Assembly: GCA_019348255.1 (NCBI GenBank) | Contig: JAHWJU010000003.1 | Coordinates: 1 to 63,514 of the forward strand | Length of the DNA stretch: 63,514 nt | Direction of reading: 5' to 3' | Source of the DNA: Actinomycetota bacterium | Lineage (GTDB): Bacteria; Actinomycetota; Acidimicrobiia; Acidimicrobiales; CADCTF01 | Part shown: positions 17,661 to 32,743 of the stretch, in pieces | Layout of the letters: each line of letters begins with the position of its first letter | How positions within the stretch are numbered: position 1 is the first letter of the stretch | Translations under genes and position numbers: made by a program | The notes under the pieces: model-generated | What the model was told of the DNA's origin: nothing | Databases searched by the model: none | What the model saw: the letters and a program-made list of their open reading frames with translations, nothing else

Positions 17661-18656
17661 ATGAGCCCCGAACGTCAACGTCCCGACCGCAACCTGGCAA
17701 TGGAGCTCGTGCGCGTCACGGAAGCCGCCGCCCTCGCCGCCTCCCGCTGGATGGGCCGGGGCGACAAGCTGGGCGCGGACGGCGCGGCCGTCGACGCCAT
17801 GCGGGTGATCCTCGAAACCGTCTCCATGGACGGGGTCGTCGTCATCGGCGAGGGCGAGAAGGACGAAGCCCCGATGCTCTACAACGGCGAAGAGATCGGC
17901 AACGGCCAGCCCCCGCAGGTCGACATCGCCGTCGACCCAGTGGAGGGGACCACCCTCACCTCACTGGGCCGGGGCGGTGCCACCTCGATCATCGCCGTCT
18001 CGGACCGGGGCACGCTCTACAACCCCGGGCCCATCATGTACATGCAGAAGATCGCCGTCGGACCTGAGGCGGTCGGCGTCATCGACGTCAACGCCTCGGC
18101 TACGGAGAACCTCGAGGCCATCGCCAAGGCCAAGGGCGAGAAGGTGCGCGACCTGACCGTCGTCATCCTCGACCGTCCCCGACACGACGACCTGGTGGCC
18201 GAGGTGCGGGCGGCCGGCGCCCGCATCCGCTCCATCCCCGACGGCGACGCCCCCGGCGCCATATCCACCGCGTGGCCCGACTCCGGAGCGGACGTCTTGA
18301 TGGGCATCGGCGGCACTCCGGAGGGCGTGATCTCCGCCGCCGCCTTGAAGTGCATGGGCGGCGAGATCCAGGGCCGGCTGTACGCCCGCAACGACGAGGA
18401 GCGCAAAGCCGCCAGGGACGCCGGTTACGAGATCGATGCCGTGCTCACCACCGACGACCTGGTCAAGGGCAACAACTGCTTCTTCGCCGCCACCGGCATC
18501 ACCGACGGCGAGCTGCTGCGGGGCGTGCACTACGACGCGCGGGGGGCGACCACACAGTCGCTGGTGATGCGGTCCCGGTCGGGGACGGTCAGGCGGATCG
18601 ACTCCCGGCACCGGCTGGACAAGCTCGCCGAGTTCGCCTCCGTCGACTTCTCCTGA
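17661..18656 (+). CDS. glpX: fructose-1,6-bisphosphatase class II
   Basis: [38 protein letters not shown] and [20 protein letters not shown], as in mycobacterial GlpX. Confidence 0.9.
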   Translation: MSPERQRPDRNLAMELVRVTEAAALAASRWMGRGDKLGADGAAVDAMRVILETVSMDGVVVIGEGEKDEAPMLYNGEEIGNGQPPQVDIAVDPVEGTTLTSLGRGGATSIIAVSDRGTLYNPGPIMYMQKIAVGPEAVGVIDVNASATENLEAIAKAKGEKVRDLTVVILDRPRHDDLVAEVRAAGARIRSIPDGDAPGAISTAWPDSGADVLMGIGGTPEGVISAAALKCMGGEIQGRLYARNDEERKAARDAGYEIDAVLTTDDLVKGNNCFFAATGITDGELLRGVHYDARGATTQSLVMRSRSGTVRRIDSRHRLDKLAEFASVDFS

Positions 18657-19619
18657 CTACTTCGGTTCTGGGGATCTCCGCGCACCTGGCAGGTGCGCGA
18701 ACATCCCCAGAACCGGCTGGCCCGGGACAGGGCGCCAGCCCCGGGCCAGAAGGAAGTCGTCGGCGGCGGTGCCGGCAGCGGTTCGAGCCCGGTGCGCGCC
18801 CCGGGCCGCGGCCTCGGCCAGGAACCGGGCCAGCAGGTGTGAGGCGATGCCTTGGCGGCGCTCCGCCGGCGCCACCACCAGCTCGAACAGGTGGGCGACG
18901 CCGGCGTCCAGGCAGCCGGTGAGGGTTCCCACCACCGTCCCCTGGCGCCGGCCGGTGATGGCGACCGGCACCCGACCCTCGCCGCCACAGGCCCAGTGGT
19001 GGGACAGGCGCGCCGCCTGGGGGTCGAGGTGGTCCGAGACGGCGAGCTCGAGCTCGAGCCCGCCCCTCGCCACCACCGCAGGTCTTTCCAGCGCGATGTC
19101 GGCGATCGGGCGCCACACCCGCCCCGGTCCCTCCTCGAGCAGGTGCACACGGTCGAAGGTGGCCTCCACCGAGTAGTCGGCCAGGGCCGCGCAGGCGGCG
19201 GCGATGCGCTCCGGCGGGGCGTCGTCGGCCACCGTCACGTGGGGCTCGAACGACCACGTGAGCGACCGGGCCAGCGGCTCGACGAAGACCTCGTCCCGGA
19301 GCCGGTGGATACCCGCCACCCCCGGGCCCCCGACCCGCAGGTAGAGCACGGGCGTGTCCGGGAGGAACGTGGCGGGCGGGCCGAGGGTGATGGTGAGGGG
19401 AGCGGCTCTACGGGCGGCGGCGCGCACCACGGCCAGCGCGTCGTCGAGGCGGTCCTCGCGCACGTTGACCGGCGGCACCAGTGTCAGGTGGGCCGGCATC
19501 CGCCCCAGCGTCCCGTCGCCCAGCGCCCGCCGCAGTCCTTCGATCTCGCCGGCCCAGGGCGCCGGCACCAACAACGCGACCCCCAGCCTCCGTTTCGGCA
19601 CCGCCAGACGGTGCCACAC
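18657..19619 (-). CDS. fusion protein: 2H phosphoesterase (LigT / 2'-5' RNA ligase-like) N-domain plus GNAT acetyltransferase C-domain
   Basis: Two HxT/S motifs are present (AHLTLVPP and PHVTVADD). The C-terminal GNAT motif A is LVVAPAERRQGIASHLLARF. The stop abuts the glpX stop with zero spacer. Confidence 0.7.
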   Translation of the reverse strand: MWHRLAVPKRRLGVALLVPAPWAGEIEGLRRALGDGTLGRMPAHLTLVPPVNVREDRLDDALAVVRAAARRAAPLTITLGPPATFLPDTPVLYLRVGGPGVAGIHRLRDEVFVEPLARSLTWSFEPHVTVADDAPPERIAAACAALADYSVEATFDRVHLLEEGPGRVWRPIADIALERPAVVARGGLELELAVSDHLDPQAARLSHHWACGGEGRVPVAITGRRQGTVVGTLTGCLDAGVAHLFELVVAPAERRQGIASHLLARFLAEAAARGAHRARTAAGTAADDFLLARGWRPVPGQPVLGMFAHLPGARRSPEPK

Positions 19620-19653
19620 CCGGGGGTCTGGCTGGTGGTGTGTGCTGTGGCAG

Positions 19654-20054
19654 TCAGCCGGAGGCGACCTCGAGACGCAGGTCGGCGCGGCGGCGGGCCG
19701 CCTCGGCCTCCTCCCGGGCCTCGTCGTCGCCGGCGGCCCGTAGCTGCTCCTCGGCCCGTTGCCGGGCTTCCCGGGCCCGGTTCACGTCGATCTGGTCGGC
19801 CAGCTCGGCCACGTCGGACAGGATGGACACCTGGTCGTCCTTGACCTCGACGAAGCCGCCGTGGACGGCGATCAGCTCGTCGCTCCCGCCCGATGGCCGC
19901 ACCCGCACCTTGCCCACCGCCAGGGCCCCGACGAAGGGAGCATGCCCGGTGAGGAAGGCGATCTCACCTCCCGAGACCGTCCGGGCGATGACCATGTCGG
20001 CCTCGCCCGAGTAGAGGACCCGCTCCGGCGAGACCACCTCGACCTGGAGCGTCA

Positions 20055-20055
<1 letters not shown>
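19654..20055 (-). CDS. atpC: F1 ATP synthase epsilon subunit
   Basis: ORF 19654..20883 trimmed to GTG 20055 (VTLQVEVVSPERVLYSGEADMVIARTVSGGEIAFLTGHAP), overlapping the atpD stop by 1 nt. Confidence 0.9.
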
Positions 20056-24133
<4,078 letters not shown>

Positions 24134-24149
24134 GGCGGTTTCCTGTTCT

Positions 24150-24680
24150 CTACAGCGATTCGCGGAGTTGCTCGAGACGGCGACGCACGCTCCCGTCGAT
24201 GACGTTGTCGCCGATGTTGGCCACGATCCCGCCCAGGATGGACGGGTCGACCGTGACCTTGATCGACACATTCTGCCCGGTGCGCTTGCTCAATGCTTCC
24301 TGCAGGCGTTGCCTCTGGTCGTCGTCGAGAGGTATCGCCGAGCGCACCTCGGCCACCACCTGGTCGCGCTCCTCGGCCGCCCGCCTCACCAGCCGGTCGA
24401 TGATGGTGGGCAGGTCACGGGCCCGGCCTGCGCCGACCACGAAGGAGACCAGGGCCTTGGTCACCGGCTGGGTCCGTCCCTCGAGGAGGTCCTCGACGAT
24501 GCCCTGGCGCAACTCCACCGGCAGCGCCTGGTCGGTCAGCTTCGAACGCAGCTCGTCGCTCGATTCGATGGCCCTGGCCACCTGATACAGCTCCGCTTCC
24601 ACCTGTTCCAGGTTGCCTTCGGCCCTGGCCACCTCGAACAGGGCCGTGGCGTAGGCGTGGCTTCGCTCGTCCGCGCCCAT
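24150..24680 (-). CDS. atpH: F1 ATP synthase delta (OSCP) subunit
   Basis: 176 aa with the OSCP-type helical N-domain (YATALFEVA). The C-terminal region ends [23 protein letters not shown]. The ATG shares 1 nt with the atpF stop. Confidence 0.85.
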   Translation of the reverse strand: MGADERSHAYATALFEVARAEGNLEQVEAELYQVARAIESSDELRSKLTDQALPVELRQGIVEDLLEGRTQPVTKALVSFVVGAGRARDLPTIIDRLVRRAAEERDQVVAEVRSAIPLDDDQRQRLQEALSKRTGQNVSIKVTVDPSILGGIVANIGDNVIDGSVRRRLEQLRESL

Positions 24681-25387
24681 CAGGCGCTGGCTCCCACCTG
24701 TTCGATGAAGCGGTCGACCAGCACCTTGTTGCTCTCACGGTCGAGGTTCTTCTGCACGACCACCTCGGCGGCGCCGATGGCCAGCTCGGACACCTGGGCC
24801 CGCAGGTCGGCCACGGCACGCTGCTGGGCGGCTTCGATCTCCTGGCGGGTGCGCTGGCGCAGGTCGTTGACCTCGGCCTCGGCCCGGGCCATCAGGTCCC
24901 GGCGCATCTGCTCGGCCGTCTGGCGGGCCTCTTCGATTATCCGGGCCGACTCGCTCTTGGCATCGGCCAACTGGCGCTGGTAGTCGGACAGGATCGTCTC
25001 GGCCTCGGCCTTGGTCTTTTCGGCCTCGTCGAGGTTGTCCCGAATGCGCTGGGTGCGGGCCTCCATCCCCTTCTTGATGCCGGGGTAGGCGAACTTCCAC
25101 ATCACGAACAACAGGGCGAAGAACGACAGCGTCCCCCAGATCAGCTCGTCGGCGGCCGGCACGATCGGGCTCGGCGCCTCCTGGCAGTCGTCCGGCTCGC
25201 CGCCGGCTTCGAGCTTGTGGATGCACTCCTCGCTCTCGTGGGAGATCTCCTTTTGACCCCCGCCCTCGGGGGCGGCGCCGGTACGACTGGCGCCTCCGTG
25301 GGACTCCTGGGCCGGGGCCGGTGCGGCTGCCACGACCAGGCCTGCCACGGCCAGCGCCAGACCTGCCATCAGGACCCGTGCGCGCAT
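24680..25387 (-). CDS. atpF: Fo ATP synthase b subunit with a signal-peptide-like N-terminal extension
   Basis: ORF 24680..25615 trimmed to ATG 25387 with GAGGAGG 5 nt upstream. The canonical TM segment is LIWGTLSFFALLFVMWKF, followed by a long charged helix. About 80 extra residues precede the TM segment. Confidence 0.8.
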   Translation of the reverse strand: MRARVLMAGLALAVAGLVVAAAPAPAQESHGGASRTGAAPEGGGQKEISHESEECIHKLEAGGEPDDCQEAPSPIVPAADELIWGTLSFFALLFVMWKFAYPGIKKGMEARTQRIRDNLDEAEKTKAEAETILSDYQRQLADAKSESARIIEEARQTAEQMRRDLMARAEAEVNDLRQRTRQEIEAAQQRAVADLRAQVSELAIGAAEVVVQKNLDRESNKVLVDRFIEQVGASA

Positions 25388-25397
25388 GACGACCTCC

Positions 25398-26444
<1,047 letters not shown>

Positions 26445-26888
26445 TCAGGCTCCAGTCCGGGAGGATCGTGGCTTGAGGGCGGGAAAGGCCAACGTCGCCG
26501 AGACGTAACGGCTCTCCCACACGAGCAGCCCGAGGTGGGTCACCACGATGGTCAGCCCGAGAGGCACCACCTCGACCCAGGACTGCTCGCGCACGGCCGC
26601 GACGGCCAGGACCAGAAGACCCATGCGGACGGCGAACCCGCCCAGGGCGGTGGCGAAGATGGCCGCCGGAGAGATGCGGGCCGCCCACGTCAGCGCCGCC
26701 GCCGACAGCACGAGGTTGCCGAGCACGAGGAAGATCCCGAACCCCGAAGAGAGGGCGCCGTCGAGGCCCCACACCGCCGCCGACGCGCCGATCAGCAAAG
26801 GCGCAACCGGAAGGCCGCGGCGCACCATGTCCAGCGCCAGCGCCCGCTCGGGCGCGGTGGCGTCGGGAGCCTTCATGGTTTGCGCCAC
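26445..26888 (-). CDS. atpI: ATP synthase protein I-like membrane protein
   Basis: 147-aa hydrophobic protein immediately upstream of atpB, 1 nt from its start. The assignment rests on position and four TM-like segments. Alternative ATG at 26876. Confidence 0.6.
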   Translation of the reverse strand: MAQTMKAPDATAPERALALDMVRRGLPVAPLLIGASAAVWGLDGALSSGFGIFLVLGNLVLSAAALTWAARISPAAIFATALGGFAVRMGLLVLAVAAVREQSWVEVVPLGLTIVVTHLGLLVWESRYVSATLAFPALKPRSSRTGA

Positions 26889-27076
26889 GGGCCCTTGGCC
26901 TCCTCGGCTTCCATGGCGTGGACGTAGCCGAACCAGTAACGGAGGAACATCCCGACCACGGCGACGCAGGCGAGGACGAGGGTGAAGGTGGGGCGGGTAC
27001 CGGTCCGGCCGTCGATCAAGTGGCCGAGCCAGCCGAAGATGGCGGGCGTGGCGACGAACTCCACGGCTCGGGACAT
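26873..27076 (-). CDS. AtpZ/AtpI-family small membrane protein (ATPase gene 1-like)
   Basis: Last 67 codons of ORF 26873..27430, from ATG 27076 (MSRAVEFVATPAIFGWLGHLIDGRTGTRPTFTLVLACVAVVG). Two TM helices. Overlaps the atpI start by 16 nt. Confidence 0.55.
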   Translation of the reverse strand: MSRAVEFVATPAIFGWLGHLIDGRTGTRPTFTLVLACVAVVGMFLRYWFGYVHAMEAEEAKGPWRKP

Positions 27077-27171
27077 GGTGTCACCGAATCCGTTGTAGAG
27101 GCTCTGCCGGTCGCCGCTCGCGTCCACGTCCTGCCCTCTCACCCGGTACGAATCCGCTTGTGACTGCTTTC

Positions 27172-28379
27172 TCAATCTATTTCTCTTCCCGAAACAGGTG
27201 CAACTTCTGGCGGCGCGGGCTGAGGGGTGGCCGCGAACGTAGTCGCTCGGTCGGTCGCCTCGCCGGGTGGGTCGTCCGAAAGCTCCCCCGGCGGTCTTCG
27301 TACGCCCGGCGAGAAGAACGTGTAGAGCAGCACGCCCAGTGCCAGCAGGGCGAAGGGAATCGCGGCATTCCCCTTCTTGGTGTACGCCGGGAACAGGGCG
27401 ATGCCGGAGAGGATCGCCGTCCATGCCCACAAGATGGCGACCGATCGGCGCTGGCCGTGGCCCAGGAACATGAGCCGGTGGTGGAGGTGCCCCTTGTCGG
27501 CCACGGCGAAGCGCCCGCTGCGGCGGATGATGGCGAAGGCGGTGTCGAGGATCGGCACCCCGAGGATGAAGAAGGGGATGAAGATCGGTGCGAAGAAGAA
27601 GTAGGTCTGGCCGCTGAACGGCTGGTCGGTGCGACCGCCGACGACGAGGGTGGCCGCGGCCATCAGGAGCCCGAGGAACAGCGCGCCGGCGTCCCCCATC
27701 TGGATGCGGGCGGGGTGGAAGTTGTGGGGCAGGAAACCGATGCAGATCCCGCAGGCGATGACCGCCAGCAGCGGGCCGATGCTCGTCTCGCTGAGCAGGC
27801 CGGCGCGGTCCGGCCCCAGCTGGATCGTGTAGAGGAAGAAGGCGCCGGCGGCGATGGCCACGATGCCGGCCGCCAGGCCGTCGAGGCCGTCGATCAGGTT
27901 GACGGCGTTGGCCATCCCCGCCACCCAGAGCACCGTGACCAGAGGTGCCAGGTCGGGCGATATCCCGACGAGGTCCAGGAAGGGGATTCGGAAGAAGACC
28001 ATCACGACACCGAGGGTCGACAACACGCTCCCGGCCAGGACGATCCCCGCCAGCTTGGCCGGCGCCGACACCTCCAACAGGTCGTCGAGCATCCCGACGG
28101 CGAAGATGACCGACCCGCCGAGGACGACGGCCAGGGGCTCCGACGAGCCGGCGAACACCGGGGCGAACCCGTCGATGCGGCTGGCCACGGCCATGGCGGC
28201 GAGAAACCCGAGGAAGAGGCTGGCCCCCGAGGTGGGCAGGGGCCGGGTGTGGATCTTGCGCTCGTCGGGCATCACCACGGCCCCGAAGCGGATGGCGAGG
28301 CGTCGGGTGACGAAGGTGAGAAGGAACGTCGACCCCGCAGCGATACCGAAGATCGCGGCATAGGCCGACAGGGTGGGGC

Positions 28380-28383
<4 letters not shown>
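27172..28383 (-). CDS. wecA: undecaprenyl-phosphate GlcNAc-1-phosphate transferase (WecA/Rfe/TagO family, GT4 MraY-like)
   Basis: ORF 27172..28923 trimmed to GTG 28383, which overlaps the glyA stop as GTGA. Contains [24 protein letters not shown] and the HHRL motif. Sits upstream of atp, as rfe does in mycobacteria. Confidence 0.85.
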
Positions 28384-29613
<1,230 letters not shown>

Positions 29614-29621
<8 letters not shown>

Positions 29622-30270
29622 CGGGGCCCTCCTGTGGGAAGACGAGCGCGACGAGGCGCCGGGTGAGGTCGTCTATCTCGGCTGCCGTGGACTGGTAGCG
29701 GGAACGGGGGGCGCCGATCGGGTCGAAGATGTCGTCGTCGTCGCTGTCGCCCATGAGCTCGCTGCGGGAGCGGCCGGCGTGGGCCTTGGAGAGCCACTCC
29801 TCGAGGGCCTGGCCCGGCGACCGCGGCCCGATCTCCCGGCCCCGGCGCACCAGCTCCTTCAGGGTGAAGGCTCGCGGCCACGCCTCGGGCACCAGCACCA
29901 CCGCCTCCCGCACGTGCATGCGGGCCATCCCCAGCACCAGGTCCGCTCCCCTCACCAACTCCGCCGAAACCGTCCGGCTGCGGTGGGCGCCGAGATCGAT
30001 CCCCTGCTCCCGCAGCACGTCCACGCCGTGGGCGCTGGCGGGCCGCCCCGCATCGAGGAGGCCGGCGGAATGGACGGTGGCGCTCACGCCGCGGGCAGCC
30101 AGCTGGTGACGGAGGATGCCCTCGGCCATGGGCGAGCGGCAGATGTTGCCGGTGCACAGGAGGAGGACGTCGATGGGGGCGACACTACTAAGGGCGGCCG
30201 CCGTTCTCGATCGTGCGCACGATCTCCGACCACGGGATCCGGCCCTCCCGCAACGGGCGCGGCTCGGCAC
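29614..30270 (-). CDS. low-molecular-weight protein tyrosine (or arginine) phosphatase; start codon unresolved
   Basis: P-loop [12 protein letters not shown] and DP loop IFDPIG. The conserved core begins at codon 30183-30181. The nearest in-frame starts are GTG 30270 and ATG 30303, both inside tsaC (see finding). Confidence 0.7.
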
Positions 30271-30814
30271 CGGTGCAGTCCACGACGGTGGACGGTGCGC
30301 CATCGCAGCGGCCGCCGTCGATGACCAGCTCGACCTTGCCGGCCAGCGCATCGGCCACTGCCTGGGCCGTGGCCGGGGTGGGCTGGCGGTGACGGTTGGC
30401 GGACGTGGTGACCAGGGGCCCCACCTGGTGCGCCAGGTCTCGCACCAGGTCGTGGTCGGGACAACGCAACCCGATGGTGGATCCGTCGCCCCCGAGCTCG
30501 AAGCTGCCGCTGGCGGCGCTGCGCCGGACGACGACGGTGAGCGGGCCCGGCCACCAACGCTCGACCAGCCTCTGGGCCGCCGGGGGCAGGTCATCGGCCA
30601 GCCGGAGCGCTTGGGAGTGGTCGGCCACCAGGACGGCCAGCGCGGCATCGGGCGGCCGCTCCTTGGCCACGAACAACCGGGCCGTGGCGCCGGCGACGGA
30701 GGCAGCCACGGCCAGGCCGTAGACGGTATCGGTGGGAATGACCACGGCCTGGCCCGCCCGCAGCGCCCCCACCGCCTGGGAGATGGCCGGCGGCGACGAC
30801 GCGGGCAGTATCAC
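30188..30814 (-). CDS. tsaC: L-threonylcarbamoyladenylate synthase (YrdC/Sua5 short form)
   Basis: ORF trimmed to GTG 30814, which overlaps the prmC stop as GTGA. Contains VIPTDTVYGLA, the KxR motif in VAKERP and the SxN motif in TTSANRH. Confidence 0.85.
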   Translation of the reverse strand: MILPASSPPAISQAVGALRAGQAVVIPTDTVYGLAVAASVAGATARLFVAKERPPDAALAVLVADHSQALRLADDLPPAAQRLVERWWPGPLTVVVRRSAASGSFELGGDGSTIGLRCPDHDLVRDLAHQVGPLVTTSANRHRQPTPATAQAVADALAGKVELVIDGGRCDGAPSTVVDCTGAEPRPLREGRIPWSEIVRTIENGGRP

Positions 30815-31683
30815 TGCCGCTTCCAGCGGGCCACGAGGATGCGCTCGCGACCGCACAGGTCCAGGCGCACCTCCACCTCGTCGAAGCCGGCGTCGTGGGC
30901 CATCGCCGCCGCGTCGCGGGCCTGGTGCGGCGCGATCTCCAGTACCAGGGTGCCGGGACGGGCCAGCCACGACGGAGCCTCCTTCACGACGGTCTGCGCG
31001 TCCTCCAGCCCCGTCGGGCCCGCCCGGAGCGCATCCGCGGGCTCCCAGTCCTGCACCTCCGGAGGCAGCACCTCACCGTCGGCCACGTACGGGGGGTTCG
31101 ACACGACCAGGTCTATGTGGCCGGCCAGCAACGGGGGCAGCGGGTCGAACCACGATCCCTCCGCCAGGCGGACACGGCGGCCGGCCAGGGTGCCGAGGCC
31201 GGCGAGGTTGGCCCTGGCCACGGCCAGCGCCTCGGCCGAACGCTCGGTGCCCCAGACCCGGGTGGCGGGAGCCTCCAGGGCGATGGACAGCGCGATCGCA
31301 CCCGATCCGGTGCCGAGGTCGACCACCGTCGGGGGCCGCGCCCCACGTCGGCCGGTTGAGGGCCGCAGGGCGCTCAGCTCCGCCAGGGCCACCTGCACGA
31401 CCATCTCCGTCTCCGGTCGGGGGATGAGCACCCGGTGGTCGAGGTAGAGGTCGAGGCGCCGGAAGCCCCACTGACCGAGCACGTACTGCAGGGGCTCGCC
31501 CCCCGCCCGCCGCTCGAGCAGGTCATCGAAGAACGGCAAAGCCCGCTCCGGGACCGGGTCGTCCAGCCCCAGCAGGTACGCGCTCCCCTCGTTGCCGGAG
31601 GCCCGCTCGACCAGTCGCCGGGCCTCGTTCTGCGAGGCGAGCCGGTCGGCCGCCCGAACGAGGAGATCTCGCCACGTCGGCAC
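30811..31683 (-). CDS. prmC: release-factor glutamine N5-methyltransferase
   Basis: ORF 30811..31911 trimmed to GTG 31683, 7 nt after the prfA stop. SAM motif VVDLGTGSGAIA and catalytic NPPY. Confidence 0.85.
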   Translation of the reverse strand: MPTWRDLLVRAADRLASQNEARRLVERASGNEGSAYLLGLDDPVPERALPFFDDLLERRAGGEPLQYVLGQWGFRRLDLYLDHRVLIPRPETEMVVQVALAELSALRPSTGRRGARPPTVVDLGTGSGAIALSIALEAPATRVWGTERSAEALAVARANLAGLGTLAGRRVRLAEGSWFDPLPPLLAGHIDLVVSNPPYVADGEVLPPEVQDWEPADALRAGPTGLEDAQTVVKEAPSWLARPGTLVLEIAPHQARDAAAMAHDAGFDEVEVRLDLCGRERILVARWKRQ

Positions 31684-31690
31684 CGGCCCG

Positions 31691-32725
31691 TCAGTCGCCG
31701 CGCAGCTGCCGCGCCCGCTCGTCGGCGACCAGTGCGTCGTGGATATCGTCGAGCTCCCCCGCCCCCAGGATCTTGTCCAGCTTGTACAGGGTGAGGTTGA
31801 TGCGGTGGTCGGAGACCCGGTTCTCCTTGAAGTTGTAGGTCCGGATCTTCTCGGAGCGCCCGCCGCCACCCACCTGCCCCCGGCGCTGCTCGGACTGCTC
31901 GGCCGCCGCACGATCCTGTTCGAGCTTGAGCAGGCGGGCCCGCAGCACCTGCAGCGCCTTCGCCCGGTTCTGGATCTGGCTCTTCTCGTCCTGCATGGCC
32001 ACCACCACGCCGGTGGGCTTGTGGGTGATGCGGACCGCGGAGTCGGTCGTGTTCACGCTCTGTCCGCCGGGGCCGGTGGAGCGGTACACGTCGACGTGCA
32101 GGTCGTTCGGGTCGATCTCGACGTCCACCTCCTCCGCCTCGGGTAGCACCGTGACGGTGGCCGAGGAGGTGTGGATGCGGCCCTGGGACTCCGTCGCCGG
32201 CACCCGCTGCACCCGGTGGACACCGCCCTCGAACTTCATCCGGGTCCAGACGCCGTCGCCCTTGAGGAGGAAGGTGATGTCGTTGAACCCGCCCATGTCG
32301 GAGGCGTCGGAGCCGAGGACCTCGATCTTCCAGCCCTGGCGCTCGCCGTAGCGCACGTACATCTCGTAGAGGTCCCGGGCGAACAGGTTCGCCTCCTCGC
32401 CCCCCTCCGCCCCCCGGATCTCCACGATTACGTTCTTCTCGTCGTTCTCGTGCTTGGGCAGCAAGAGGACCTTGAGCTCGTCCTCCAACGCGCAGATGCG
32501 GGCCTCGGCCGCTTCGACCTCGTCCCACATGCCGAGCTCCTTGGCCGCGCCGAGGTCGTCGATGGCGCTGCGATAGCCGCGGTAGGCCAGGACGATCGGC
32601 TCGAGCCGCTTGAACCGGCGCGACTCCTCACGCAACCGGCGCTGGTCACTCAGCACCTCATTGTCGCCGAGGCGCTCCAACACGGCTTCGTACTCCTTTT
32701 CCAGGTCAGCCAGCCGTTCGAGCAC
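31691..32725 (-). CDS. prfA: peptide chain release factor 1
   Basis: PAT tripeptide (RVPATESQGR) and the GGQ motif (STGPGGQSVNTT). Confidence 0.95.
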   Translation of the reverse strand: MLERLADLEKEYEAVLERLGDNEVLSDQRRLREESRRFKRLEPIVLAYRGYRSAIDDLGAAKELGMWDEVEAAEARICALEDELKVLLLPKHENDEKNVIVEIRGAEGGEEANLFARDLYEMYVRYGERQGWKIEVLGSDASDMGGFNDITFLLKGDGVWTRMKFEGGVHRVQRVPATESQGRIHTSSATVTVLPEAEEVDVEIDPNDLHVDVYRSTGPGGQSVNTTDSAVRITHKPTGVVVAMQDEKSQIQNRAKALQVLRARLLKLEQDRAAAEQSEQRRGQVGGGGRSEKIRTYNFKENRVSDHRINLTLYKLDKILGAGELDDIHDALVADERARQLRGD

Positions 32726-32743
32726 GGTGTCAATGTAGGGCCC

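Noticed and set aside
24150-25387. Mycobacterium-style fused b-delta ATP synthase subunit
   Set aside because: atpF and atpH are separate ORFs here, sharing 1 nt between the stop and start codons (TGATG). No fusion is present.
30185-30195. Programmed +1 frameshift (prfB-like) fusing tsaC to the phosphatase
   Set aside because: The frames differ by +1 and a stop codon is present. However, the site is CCU UAG, with no slippery P-site codon that re-pairs in +1 and no upstream SD-like stimulator that I can see. An indel or a long overlap is more likely. It is kept only as a minor alternative in the corresponding finding.
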